Origin: Leptogorgia sarmentosa
Lineage: Eukaryota
Direction: 5' to 3'
Assembly: GCA_964658305.1 (NCBI GenBank)
Contig: OZ210884.1
Span: 6,882,001 to 6,946,000, forward strand
Length of the DNA: 64,000 nucleotides
Part shown: in pieces, positions 1 through 14,300 of the stretch
Layout: each line of letters starts with the position of its first letter
Numbering within the stretch: the first letter of the stretch is position 1
Notes under the pieces: model-generated
The model's input: the letters and a program-made list of their open reading frames with translations, nothing else
The model's database searches: none
What the model was told of the DNA's origin: nothing
Program-made: the position numbers and the translations under genes

Positions 1-1741
1 AAGGTGGAGGTTTTCCTAGTCGCTTCAGGTTTTTCTTAGGTGAGGTTCTCATCGAGCTTTAGTTCGCTCGGGTTTGAGATGTTCGTTCTCTATATTAATA
101 AGCATGCTTAATATACAGGATGTGGTGTCATGCTACCTATATTTGATCCCTCGCACTAAAAAATATTCAAATTGTTTCCTTAAACTATACAATAAATGCA
201 ACGAAACATTCACTTAATATTTCTCTTCCCATGCAATTTAACTCTTGACTCTTGTGTTTCCGTCTTTGCAAATTCCCACGTATATAGGCGCGTGTATTAT
301 ATAACACACCTTAAAAAGTTCAACGGTAATCCACAATTTAATTCATCACTATTTTTACAACATAAATGCCCCGGTTTGTGTCGGAACTCCTTTGATGACT
401 TTCAATTAAAATTGAACAGTTCAAATAAGAAATTTTGGTGAGAAAATTAATTTATCAGTTTAAAATAATACAGTGGGAAACGGGCTTAAAACGCCATGAT
501 CAGTGGCGTTTGAGTGAGGGAGGGGTGTAGCATATTTCCATTTTACTCCAGGAGTTTTAGTGTAACTGAGGGAGGCGGCGAAACCAAAAGTAGTCATACG
601 TTTTCTGCTGGACTGAAAAAAACCTAAGCTCGCAAATGAAGGGGATGAGAATAGGAAATGAGAGTATAGGATGCTGTCTCAGCGGGTGTCCCTCAAGCCA
701 CTATAAACCCGGGCCGTTAGTGATGATCAACGATCTTGAAATCACCGAAGTATACACTTGGAAGTGGAAATCACCTACGAAGTAAACCTTTCGTTGAGAA
801 AAATAAGCACAAATTACATAGGCCCCTTTCAAACGTCGAACTTTCGTCGCGCCGAATGCAATTCAAGAAGATAATGAGAAGACTTACTCCATTACCCATC
901 GTTTGAATTGCATTCGATGTGACCAGAAATCGAAGTATCAAACGGGCCTTAGTCAACAGCGTATAACTAAGGGTTATATCATGGCTGGGGTTGGAAAACA
1001 TTTACTGTATTATGATCGACGGCCAACAGCTGTAAGCTCACCAGCACCGTTTACGCAATGCTTTTCTCAAGATTCTACCTTTATCAATTTATAGTATATT
1101 TACTGTTTCGATTTAAACATTTGTGTACGATTTTAGATAAAGTGAACGCCCACTCTACATTTCTATAAATAATAATATCTCTTATATAATTATGGTTGAC
1201 TTTTTACAAAAGACGTCTTTGACAAATTATATCAGGAGTTTGGAGTTAAAGAGGTCTTACATTCAGAAGAAGCAATGCAGACGTGCCTTATTGTCTTTGA
1301 ATATTAAAATTTCTTTGATTAATTTGCATGGCTTCTTAAATATAATATTTGAAAGAACTTCTTTCACCCTATATAATATGCACAACTATAGCATTGAATT
1401 AGGAAAAACTGTCCCTGGAACTTTCGTGATTTTGAAAACGAAGGGTTTTTAATTTATTTTCTCTTCGTGAAAAATGAAGTCAACAATAAATTTTTGAAGA
1501 CTTTCCACGAGTAGAAATGGAAATGTGTCATCATGATGTGTTGCAAAATTGAAAAGCGTATAATCCCGATATAATTCCTGTCACAATTGAACACATGCTT
1601 GAAACAATAAGCTCTTCTAGTAATTACAGTCATTATGCGACAATACCTCCCGATCTCTTTGAGAAAGAAGAAATGTTAATTCATAAACCGTGCTTTCAAC
1701 AGGTAAAGTCAACCGACTTCATTATTTAATGATTCACTATA

Positions 1742-4363
1742 ATGGCACGACGTGCAACTTTGAGAGCCTGTCAATCTCGTAAAGGCTATACGTTATTTTT
1801 TGTTCTAAAATGGCTGTTTTATATATCTTGTGGCTATATGCTTTATTTTACGGCTGTTGCACATCAACCAAACCCATTAGTGAGACTGAACGAGAATAAT
1901 CTCCCACAGTCAAAGATTCCCGTGCCAGAAATATTAAGAACGACTGGGAAGACTGTTGTGCAAGAAAGAGCAAAAACAAATGAGAAGACTCTCATGAATG
2001 AACCAGGACAAACAACTAAGGATGTTTTTCATGTTGTAACTGCAGCGAGCTCGAAGGAATTTGAATCACTCTTGAAACTTATTCATTCCTTTACGAGAAG
2101 CAAGGTCATGATAGCACTTTGGCTTTGGAGCCTAGATCTTAGCTCGTGTGAGATATCGTATATCGAAAACCTGAATGTACCTTTTACAATTAAAATAGAA
2201 CATTTTCCTTTTCATGTTTATCCTCTGCATTTTCGTCAATTTCATTTGCTCGCTATCAAACCGATAGTTTTGGAAATTGCATCCTTGGCATTTGGTCATG
2301 CTCTGTGGATTGATCCTAATACTGTGTTGACGGGAAGCCTCGCACCATTGCTCGGCGAACTTAGTCAAATTGGTTACGTTGTGGACTCGGGTCGAACAAA
2401 TGCTATAGGAACAACCTATCATAAATTCGAAACGTTCAGGGAAAATTGGATAAAGTGCGTCAAAGAAGCTGTTTGTATGAAAAACCACACCAATCGGACG
2501 AACCATAGTGAAAGAGATCAAGCACTAATATATTTCATGTCTCAAAATAAAATGACATCCCGTAGTTTCAAAAATGTTTTAACTCATGGTTCGACCAGGA
2601 ATGATCATTCCAAGTTTCTCGATAACTGGCGAAATAATGGATTGAAACGGTGTTCAAAACACAAGGTATGCATGTGTCTTTCTTTTTCACAATAAAAAAA
2701 TAGTAATGAAATTAGCTACAGAGTATTTCAAGGAGGATTACTAATATACGTATTTGCAATTTTTAAAAACTTCTTATTTTAATATATATATTAATAGAAT
2801 ATTCTCTAGGTCTACATGATTGATAACTATTTTGATCGCCATTTCTTGATAGGTTTGCATACTTACTGGAAATCATCAGTCACATGGCTGTCTCACTCCA
2901 CAACTCGGAAAGCTTCGTAAAAACAAGCTCAGATACTCGAGACGGTACGGATACAAGTACATTGAAGAGACGTTTGGATTTCACAAATCTGGCCCTTGTA
3001 ATCCAAATTGGAATAAAGTACAAGCAATCTTAAAACATCTTCCCGATTGTAAGGTATTAATGTGGGTAGATTCGGATTGTGTGTTCACCAATCCAAACAA
3101 ATCCATCGAGTCTCATTTTGAGAAATACCCAGACAAAGATATGTTGATGAACTGGCCAAAAACCGATAAAATGCTCAATTCCGGAGTGATACTGATGAAA
3201 AGCACTAAAGCAATACGAGATTTCTTTCATAACATCACAACAGGTAAGGTCTTGTAAGAAAGCAGAATGTAGCCCATCAGCCCAATATATAAAAGTAACA
3301 TGAAAAAGCAGCAAAAGTTAATCTACTCACTATACAGCGCTAACGATGCAATAAAATTAGACGTTTTAATATGGGTCCATTCATTTACACACAAACTGAA
3401 AGGATCTTCAATGCTCGAAACGTCGAATTAATCTTATTGTATCGTACCACGGTTCAGGTAATGAGTAGATGTTTAACTGCAGCTTTTAATCGTTTTACCG
3501 CTAGCCACATTATATGTTATGAAGTTTTGTACAAATAATTGTATGCAGATAGCTGTTCCACAATTTCAATGAATTAATCTTCATCTTAACTCATCTTAGT
3601 TACATGGTGCAATTTTTCTGCGTTACTCTACACTTCAATTTTTCTGACGTAATTCTATATTTCAGAGAAGTTAATTAGCGAAGCGGACTCTTGAATATGT
3701 AAAGACAGAACACATTAGAAAATTGTAATGAGGACGCGCATTTGCCTATTTTCCATCTCTTAACAGTAGAGTTGCGTTAAAGCCCGTTTTCCACTCACAT
3801 ATTTCGCGGCCGCTGGCGAAAAATTTCGCCACCGAAAAATTTAATTCCTTGTTCCTTCGCGTCATCAGTGAAAGGTCTGAAAAAAATTGAACATTTTCAA
3901 CAACTGATATGGGACGGAATAAATTTCTTCGGTGGCGGATAAATCTCAAAACATGATTTCCTTGTCAATTTTTTTCGCCGGCGGCCGCGAAATAATGGAG
4001 TGGAAAACGGGTTTAAAATTTGCAAGGAAAATTGCTTTGTGTAACTTGGGTTTTTAATCCCAACGATGCAGCACGAAGTCATGGAAATTTCAATTTACAG
4101 GTGAAAATTGGACTGAGAATTGGTGTAATGGTAGAAAGAGAGATCAAGGTGGGATCAAGGATCAAATAAATGCAGGATATCTTAAGGGGAAACTTGTGGT
4201 CGAGCGGAATGACTATTTCCTACAAGGTCTTTGTGGGCTGAAGAATGGAAGATGTCTGTGGAAGGAGAACGATTACATCGCACACTTTGCTCCGCCAAAT
4301 TGTCCAGAACTACATAATTTCATCAAAGATTTTTTTGATAAATATCCTCGCTTCGTGAAGTGA
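1742..4363 (+). CDS. Type II membrane glycosyltransferase: DUF1647-like domain fused to a GT34 (GMA12/MNN10 galactosyltransferase-like) domain; 3 exons, 525 aa
   Basis: Exons 1742-2665, 2853-3243 and 4101-4363 join in frame via GT-AG introns. N-terminal TM anchor (LFFVLKWLFYISCGYMLYFTAV). Exon 1 has DUF1647-type motifs (VVTAASS, FPFHVYPLH, AIKPIV, LWID). Exons 2-3 have GT34 motifs (KNKLRYSRRYGY, WNKV, WVDSD with DxD, LNSGV, DQ, IAHF). Confidence 0.85.
3781..4013. mobile_element. PIF/Harbinger-type MITE in glycosyltransferase intron 2
   Basis: TIRs AGCCCGTTTTCCACTC / GAGTGGAAAACGGGTT, flanked by TAA on both sides (3778-3780, 4014-4016). Confidence 0.75.
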
Positions 4364-6413
4364 GAATATAACAGCACAACTCAGACGCGTAGTCGGGAAT
4401 TTTGTCCCACAGCGACGGCAAGGAATTGATGCTGAGAGGGGCATTTCTTGTGTGTTCCCCTACTAATTCCAACAAAGAGCTAGGTTAAGATTACACAGGG
4501 TATAGACTCCTTTTTATCTCATACTGAAAGCTCCAGTGGAGTGTAATCCATGCATGCATGTTGATTGCAAATATATTTTGAAAATTCTGCAGTAGATAAC
4601 AATGTTTGAATGCTTTTGGTATCAAATTGGTGCCTTTTTTCTTCGTTATTGTCAATTAATGAAATGTATAAAACTTATACTTTTGCTCAATGAATGACGT
4701 TCTGTCAGACTGAGATTTCCGATGTGAAACCATGCAGAACACCTCCTGCAAACATTTTATTACAAATACTCCCAATTCGCCTTGTATGAATCTAACAGCA
4801 CAATTCAAACGCAAGGAGTTTTGTTCCAGAGAGTCAGGGACCGTAAATTCTCGTAATTCCCGACAAAGAGCTTATACTGAATTAATTTCAACGTTCTAAA
4901 CAACTGGCAAAGGGATCTATAGGAATTCCCCAACCTCGATACAGTACAGTAGACTGAAATGTTATTGAGTACTAGCGATGGCAATGGACATTTTCAGTAT
5001 TCATATATTGCAGCAACATGAAGAATTGCTAGATTGTTGCTTTTTATCTAAATAAATTTGCATCTGTAGATATATCTCGTAATTCTCGTTTCATTTCGAG
5101 CCGCGTGCACTCATAATAATATTTAATATTTATAATGCGCAAATTAACGTGCTAATATATGATCAAATGCGCAGGCACTCTTGCGGCACAACGTTCGTGC
5201 AAGAAGCTTGAAGAACAACCGCTCACTTTATTCTCAAGAACAACGCTTATTCACAGGTAATTCGAAAAGGTTGTTGCAAACATTGAAATGTAATGTGCAA
5301 AGCATAATGGAAGCATACAGCATTTCATTTCTATGTGGTGTTAATTCAGAGCAAGACGTGTGGATATCCATTATTGAACCAGCGCCAAAATTCCCGTACT
5401 TCTATCTTGTTATAGAAACACGCATTCTTTCAGTTTTCGACCAACGACCGTGCAGAACACTTGAAGAATGCGGAAGTGTATTTTGTCATTTATCAATAGG
5501 TATATTATTTACGGACTTCAGATTGAATTTCATTTCTTCCGTATATACACCATCATATACAAAGGAGACTGCTTGAAGCGGGTTAAACTACTGGATAGTC
5601 GCTTGCGATTACATTTGTTCAGTGAAGTTGAGGAAAAATCATCCAGGTAAACTTGTATATAGGGGGAGGGGGTTGATTCAGAGTAAGAATATATATCCGT
5701 AAGTATAATATGCAATGTTTAATTTTGGTGTGGCAGGTTGATAACTCATAAGTAATATATGTATTTTGCGTATTGGGCTCTACACTATCTTTTAACATCA
5801 AGTCACAGACGGGACCACTGTATATTCAAAGCATGAACACAAATTTTTTCACGAAAGTTTTAAAATTTCACAGAACAATCTCATTAAGCCCACTTCTGTG
5901 AAGAAAAAAAATATGATCTTTTCTTTTGATGTTAGCTTGCTAGGCCTTTAGCAAGTTTATTATTAGTGCAGATATAGCAACGATACAGTACTTAGTTCAT
6001 TTTCGACTTTACTAATAGTACACTTCGCGAAAGACTGCAATAGGCTATGAGGTAAACTTATTTTGAGGATATTTTATTTCCTAAAAAGTTTTAAAATTGT
6101 TTCTGTGTTCACTGTTCATATTTTAAACGATCAATTGTCAGTAAGTCCTTAATACAGTCTCTGCTTGGCAAAATTCATTCTATCTTTGATTACAACCTGT
6201 GAATGTAAAATGTGTCTGTTGCTTCCTCAATTTCATAACAAATCTGGCAGAAAATGTCATTCAACGCAATAATTATTTCCTAATCTAATTAGGATCACGC
6301 CCTTTGAGCTTGGATTTTCGCAAAGGTAAATAACAAATTATAATTGCTGCCAGGAAACTGAAATGATATTATAATCTCTCTTACAGGAAAAGCAATCGAT
6401 TTAATTTTTGCTC

Positions 6414-7849
6414 ATGACAATGACTAACTTGATGATATTCTTTGTTGTTGCTTTGTGTGCTTTCACTGAAAAGTCACTGAGTTACCCCGTTGAACCTGAA
6501 AGAGAAAACACACTGTCAGGTATGTTTGTGTCCATTGTATAATAGGAATAAACAGTAGATGAATGGTAATTTAAGTTCACCTTTCCACAGTCATCAAAAC
6601 ATTTCCAGTCTACTGTTGTCCCTGGGTCACTCAGTGGACACCTAATTGATTATTGTTTTTGTTGAAGTCGATGATCGCATCATCGCTCGTTGGACCAACA
6701 ACAAATACTACGCTGGTAAAGTTGAATATATCTCTGAAGCACGAAGCACCATTGGCATCTTGTTTGATGATGGTGATAAAATTGAACATCCTTTGGGTGA
6801 TGTTACCGCTGTCTTTTTGGATGAAGTACCTGAGTCAGTCGAGTATAAATATCACGTGATTGCCCCATGGAAAGGAAGTTATCGGCAGCACATTGGGTAT
6901 GTGGTAGATGTTAGCTTGTTTGGGGAATCGAAGATCCGTTTTGATCATGACAATAACGAAGCGTGGTACAAGAATAATCAACTTAGAATCCTCCCAGATG
7001 CCTCATCGCCACACGAAGGTTGGTGATTTATTTTTTTGCCTGTTCATTTCCACACACATTGTTCGATTTTCCGTGGTTGTTTGTTATTTTCTTTTGTTCC
7101 TTTATATTTTGATAATGGGTTTGTTTGTTCTTAGTAGGTTTGTTTTAACTTTTAATTGGTTAATATTTATTTTTTCAGGCTTTGTTAGTAATACTAATGT
7201 GTTGTACAATAAAACAGATCAATCTCAGTTAGTGGTTGTTTTGTTAACTTTGAGACTCTAGGTTTCGGCTCGATTTTTACTGTCGTCATGGGTCAAAAAT
7301 GACATACTACGTTATAATTCAGAGTTTGACTCGTGGTGCGCGCGCATGGAAAATCTCCATCCAAACTCGCACTCGCCGACCATGCCTGACATTATCGCCA
7401 GTCACTAACGTACGAAAAGCGGTTTTGTTATTAAGTCATCAAAGTTTCAAACTAATTTAATGTTTGTGTAAAGGTAATCTTGTTTCATTTTTGTAGTCGG
7501 TGCAAGAGTATTCGCCCGGTGGACAAACGGATTGTTCTACAGAGGTTTCGTCAGCAAGTCTACTTTGTCAACTGTCTCCATCAATTATGATGACGGAGAT
7601 AAAATCACCCTTCCGAAGAATGACACAGCTGCAGTTATTCTTGACAAGATACCAACCGAAGAAGGAGTGAATATAGAGCAAAGGGTGATTGGTTTCTGGC
7701 CAAATCGTGTAAGATATTACCCTGGTTATATTTCAAGGTTCTGTGGAGATGGGATTCGAAAGAAGTTTTACCTGAAGTTTGATGATGGTGATGAGCGTTG
7801 TCAATTTGTTTTCGAGATACGCACCATACCAGAGGAAATACCTGCCTAG
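6414..7849 (+). CDS. Secreted protein with four Tudor/SH3-like repeats (two tandem-Tudor modules); 3 exons, 269 aa
   Basis: Exons 6414-6519 (signal peptide MTMTNLMIFFVVALCAFTEKSLS), 6668-7018 and 7497-7849 join in phase 1. Repeats ARWTNNKYYAGKV..LFDDGD and ARWTNGLFYRGFV..NYDDGD resemble 53BP1/DUF4537-type tandem Tudor. AATAAA at 7981. Confidence 0.8.
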
Positions 7850-8354
7850 ATTTGATCACGAATGACAGATAGGACTCTCGGCCTTCATTATTTTCCTTTA
7901 AATTTGGAGTGATTCAACAGAACTTTGTCTATCAATGGCACATTTCAGTGGGGAATTTTTTGTATTAATTAATTGTTGTCAATAAAAATTTTTGCAAGTT
8001 AGTTTGAAGTGTTTGTCCAGAATGGAATGGTGGTGAAAGTGTTTGGAGGATCAAGGTCAGCTAAGCCAGGTGAATTTGAAGGTATTCGTATGAACCCAGC
8101 ACCTGTTGATTATAGTAATTCGAACGAAGAAAATCCTCCAATGTAATTCCCTGAAGTGAAGCTAATTTAATTATTGTAAAGTACGTGATATTCACACGGC
8201 AGTTAGTTTTTGTTATGCAACCCTGTTTACTTAATTTCATATGTTATTAATTTCAAATTTTACTACATCCGAAGATTCTAAATTTATTTCAATATTTCCA
8301 CGAGAGAAAAATGGTAACAAAATGATACAAACGATAGAAATGATTCATGCATGG

Positions 8355-11300
8355 TTAGATTATAAATTGCGAAGGATCAACTAAACACTTCAACTGAGTG
8401 ACCTCCACTGTGGCTGGACCATCCAACGCGAAATACTCTTTGCCTTTGCCCTGGCCAGTCTCCTCACGGGCGTGATATATCGCATCTTGAACAGCAAACA
8501 AGCATGAACATGACATGCATTGTGGAGGTTCACCAACAGCTGAAAAACACGGAAATATTTGCCGATCTGATAGCGAATAAAAAGCTTGAACTTTGTTAAC
8601 TGTAATCTTACCTTTGGAGCCAAGAACACCTAGAGGGTTTGGAGCATTTTTTAGGAGGGTCACCCGGAAATCTATAGGGATGTCTTTAGAAAATGGAGGA
8701 TGGTAATCCTAAATTAGAGAGATCGTATAATTAGTAAAATTAATCATAATCCATTCCCCACAACAGGGCTTTACTCGAAACGTCGAATCTTTAGTTATGA
8801 TATCGTTTAGGTACGGTGATAAAGAATATTAGTTGCATTTTGATGTTGTTGTCTACTACATGCAATGACCACAAGTGGCAGCGCTATGAATGGACGTCAT
8901 TCTACTTTATCCCACTATACACCTATATACACCGCAGACTGCTGTACGTACCCATGTACCATTGGTAAGCTCCAGTCCAGACGAAGGATCATAAATTGCT
9001 TTTTCAGTCAACCAATAACCAAGACCCATGACAAAGGCTCCTTCAACTTGCCCAATGTCAATTTCAGGATTCATGCTGCAGAAAATATCAATATAAGACC
9101 TGTACAAACAGCGCTAACATGTTGGCTTCGCTATGTTGGCAGGGCTAACACTATTTCGAATGACGTTGGAAAATGTTGGCTTAAATAAACTTACCCAACC
9201 ATTTCATACAACATTTTTAATTATAAGTTTGTGGAGATTTACGCCGGTTGTGTGTGACTCAATTATTCACGCGTTTCACACTTTTGTTGTTGTTGTCATT
9301 TGAACAGATAAAGCCAACATCATGCAACATCATGCAACATTATGAAACATTGTTAGCCTAACAGGCCAATAATAATATCATTCATGGAGTTTATGCAACC
9401 TGTTCAAGTGACGTACTTAAACCTCCAGTCATCGACTTCAAAGTAAAGCGAATCTATTATCTGAGACAAGTGTCCATGATGGAAATATATACATTTCCAT
9501 ACACAAATTACTCAGTATGGGTTTCGGCAAAATGCAAGGGTGTTTAATGACATCTAAACCAGCCTATACTTAGAGATGGAAGAATGGTAATACATGTTGT
9601 CTTAAAATGGTTTTCTTTTCAGTTCTTCCCGAGGGGGGGGGGGGGACCTTTCCTCTATAACGTTTTACCAGTGACATGCAAGGTAAGTGCATTTGAGACT
9701 GATGCTTACCTTTTGCCACAGTCGTATAAAATATCTGTTCTAAGTATTTCTGCCTCCCCAGTCAGAACATCAATCTCCGCCTCGGTACAAGTAGCGGCGA
9801 AAATGTTATATTTGATAGGAAACTTTTCATTGGGAAACACCCTTAATTAAAGGACCGAAATTGTGGGAATTGATATCGGAATTCTTTATTTGAATCAATA
9901 TTCAACGCTAGTAACAAAGATAGCAAATACCTGTATTTTGCAGATAAATCAACACCCACTGTATAACATTTGGCAATAATTTTTTCCCATTTTGCTTTTG
10001 GCATTTCTTTTGCGATCGGTGCCATTCTTTCCTTGAGGATATTACAGCAATTTATGACAGCCTGCAAGTTAGGAAATAATAAAAAGAACAAAGTCATATT
10101 TAGGAGAAACAACAGCACAATTAGGATGACAACGTAAGGTATAGGTACATGATAAAAACCATGAGACGGTATGAGTACGACAGGCTTAAAAAATTTAAAC
10201 AATTTTAAATATACTTGCATGATTTAACAATATCTAATTGTTTATTCACGTAGTATCGCGCACTTGTAAAGAAACCTACAGACAAAATATCTAAGGCTAC
10301 AGTCATAGAAATATCGTTATTGTTTGCCTCAATCAATTTTTTTTTGTATCGGAAGTGAGCTAAATAATATATATAATAACGTATTACCTCACAACATAAT
10401 TCGCTTGTCACACTTCCTCCAGTTGCCGAGCCTAAAAAGGCACCATTTCAGAAAATCATTCATCAGAGGAAAAGTTTTCAAACAAACATCATACCACGAC
10501 AAATAATGTTAGCTGGAGTGATAAGATTTTCCGAAAAAAATGTAAAATGATCGATACTACAGACATTGCCTGAACACCGAACTACTTAGCTATTCTCCGG
10601 TCTAAAATTTACGGCACATTTGGTGTCACTGACAGCTTTTGATCAAGATTTTTTAATGAAGAGCAGGTTGAACAACTCACACAAATGATTTGAACAACAC
10701 ACTAATTGCACAAATGATTTGAACAACTCATTTTCAGCAACCCTTTCCGCAGGAATCTTCAGAAAATTCAGAAATCTTTGCAACAATTCAACATACCGTT
10801 TGGATTGAGAAAATTTGTCGCCGGTCGTATTGAGATTTGATCAACTGTCAATCCGTGACCGAGAATATGAGCAGCAACTTGGCGAACCTGAAGTTGATTC
10901 ATTCAGTTTAAAACAAAAGAAATTATAGTCCAAAATGAAGCCCACAATGGAAAGTATTGGTACGAAAAATTTTGGATTATTTCCCGAATATTTTTTTTGT
11001 GCTGCTAAAATATAGTTGATAAGGTGTTCGCCCTCGTCAACTATCATCTCAATGTATCTTAGGATATTATCACCTTAAGATGTTTTTTTTGCTCAAGTAT
11101 GCCAATTGTACACTATGCATTTGAAAAATGACATATTCATGAATAAGTGTAACGCTTGAGCGAAAATGTTTCAAAAAACATCAATATCTATTTTGATGAC
11201 GTGGTAATAGTAAAAAAATTGATCTGAATTTTCACTTACGGAACGCTTGTCAACCAACCAGAATAGAGAAAAGCCGCCATATAACAATTTACACACCTTG

Positions 11301-14300
11301 GTGTCTATTCCTTGTCCTATCTCTACCCCTCCATGCGTAATACACACTGTTCCATCTTTACGATATATTGCCACATACGCCGTATGTTGACGGCCAGGTT
11401 CATAAAGCACACCCCATCGCAAGGGGACAATACTCATTCCCCGCTTGCGCCAACGATTTTCCTAAGGAGACAGAAAATAATGAGTGAGGAAGGAGTGTTT
11501 ACATCGGAGTGTTTACATCGGAAAGTGTTTTCCTATATCGGCATCGGGTTTATTCTTTATCAATTTAAAACGGAAACATGATAGAAGGGAAATACAGCAT
11601 TTGTATTTTGTACGAAAATTATGTTAGATCATATAATTATAATAATGTACTCTAAACGTTCTCTTTGACTCATCGCAAAAGCTAAATCGCAAGCTTTCAG
11701 AACTTTCAGCCAATTACAGTATTGGAAATCACTCGCTGCGAGACTGCGAGTTAATGGCATTTGCAATGAGTGGAAAGGACTGATCGAGGCTTATAATAGC
11801 ACGGGAAAACTACATGCCAGATTGTGAAAGATTTGGGCATCGCTGCGAGTTAATTGCATTTGCAATGAGTGGAAAGGACTGATCGAGGCTTATAATAGAA
11901 CGGGCAAACTACATGCTAGATTGTGAAAGATTTGGGCATGCAGAGACATGCACTTGTCACCCTTCTTCGCGTCACTTTGTTCTTTTCTTTGGCTCTTATC
12001 CAAACGCATACCTTGTTGAATGTATCGATAGCCATTCTCCGTTTCTCCGCTTCGCTTGATTCCTTCAAATCTACAAATAGAACAAAACAAGTTGTGTTTT
12101 ACCGAACATTCTAAATCAGGACAAACATTTGGATGACACAGGCTGATTCTCCCACAAATTTTATTCGTGCCAGTTCATGGGCCACATGCTCCATCTTACC
12201 TTGCCATATTTCGGACATGTCGCAGTAAGGGAGAGGGCAGCCGTAGAAAGTTGTCTGTAAAAGCAAGGAATACAAAAAAAATATTTGGTGTTAATATTGT
12301 ACTCTGCATGTCGTCCTTTTTCCCAAAAGAGCTGGTAATGTGATCTTTTCAAATTCAAAGAATTCTAATTAACATTTTAATGTCTATTGGGTAAACTCTA
12401 CTTCAAATCAGCTATACCTGTCCTTTTTTATAGAAATTCATTTTTCGGATCTCATCCGGGCTCTTATTCATTGCCTTAGCCACGTGGTTCATCATTGTTT
12501 CAGTGACAAATATCACAGGTACAGTTCCTAGAGAATAATAAAAATGTGGAAGTATGACATGGGACTGCTATACCTACATACAGTTATCACGAGATCAGCG
12601 CAAACTACCTGGTGAGCGTGTGAAGCCATTCGTGGCAGTGTTTGTCTTGCAGGGCACACCTCGAAATTTCCAGTTTTCACAATAATAAGCTATAAATGCA
12701 AGAGAAACGAAGATCGGTGTTCAAATGCGGCGAAATAACAACCAGAAATACTAATGAAGTTTTGTCGTTAAAATCGCAACTTTATGCAATTTTGTACTGT
12801 GTACACGTGCGTTACATTATTACGGAGTTTGGATTGTTCTAGCTTTTGTTCTTTCCTTAGGTTATTAAGGTGATGCCTAATGCATAGTTTCATGCCTAAA
12901 TCATGGTCTTGAAACTTGACCAACGTCTTTATTCTATGATTTTTATCATCTTTATGCTCGTCCAGTAGCGTCGACCAGCCACATCAGTCGACCGTACTGG
13001 TTCATCATAAACGCTTTGGACTTTCGACTACGGTTAATTCAGCGTCAATTTGGACTGAATTGGTGCTCGAAATAGAACTTACCATTATCGATAACGAGTG
13101 GAAAGAATGCTATTGGACATTCAGTAGTTGCATTTCCACAAGCAGTGTAATATGTAAGTTCGACGGCTTTCAATAGTCCCTCGTCCGTAACACCAACCTA
13201 AAAGATTTAAGGATGCACAGCCCAAATATATTGGCGCTTTTTTTTTCTTGGAAGCGAATTTATTCGCAAAAACGAACGTTCGTAATTGTGGACAGTTGGC
13301 CACGGAAAAGTTGCCAGGGAAAAGTAGGAGGTACGCGTTGTTTCAAAAAACTGAAAGCTGCAACAAAAGGTGCCGTTTCACAAACAATTACTAAAAACTG
13401 TTTCAAAACCTCTTCTAACCTGTAGGAGTACATCTGGGTGGACAAGGTGGTCACTGGCCTACGGAGGCACTAGTAGCCGCCTTCAAAGGGGGATGGGGAT
13501 GGGGGATCTTGCAAATGTGATCACGCAAATATATAATGGCTGCCATTATTATATTTCGTTGGACATGCAGATGCACTACCCAGTTCCAGTTTTTCAGATA
13601 AGTGGTAAAATCATAATATCGTGCACTCAAAAACATATTGCATAATGAAGGGGAGATGCCTGATATTACATGCGCTTGACTGTTTGCAGGATAACTGGAA
13701 CACGTACGAGGAAGTAGTCAACCAAGTAGTTTAAGATCATTACCTTATATCTCGCCAGATAAGGAAATCGTTTTCCAACCATTTCCATGTTGGTTTTGAA
13801 GTTCATCCTCAGGCGTACTGGTCTAAAATATATACACAGTCAAAACAAGTCATATAGTATTTAAGCCAGTAAATTAGTGACTGTCGAGCTAACTATGTGC
13901 ATAATTTCAGCACCAAATTTTGAATTTCGCCAAAACAATATGCGATGAAGAAATATTTTCGGTCGTATTTACATAGGAAAATTTTGCAAACAAAGTGAAA
14001 AACAATTGTTTATAGGCAAAGAAAATTAACTTTTACGCGCTTTTGAAGAAAAATAATTGTCAAAAACAATTATTCTGTTACCCAAAAATGGCGGATTTCA
14101 AGGCGCGTACCGGGAGAAATGCTAATTTTGTCCCATAGTCATAACAATATAACTCATATTATACAATATAACAATACAGTATAACAATATAACATATACT
14201 CTTACACAATACAAGGCAAGTTAGTTCAATCCCCCCCCCCTTCCCCCTAACACAAATTTGTTACATCACGGTTGGGTTGAGTACACATTAGCTATTTCCG

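Noticed and set aside
5181..5801. Cluster of 60-131 aa ORFs
   Set aside because: Mostly non-ATG starts, no motifs and no splice-consistent model.
6591..6649. Alternative second exon of the Tudor-like gene
   Set aside because: The acceptor at 6590 gives an in-frame stop after about 19 codons; the acceptor at 6667 restores the repeat register.
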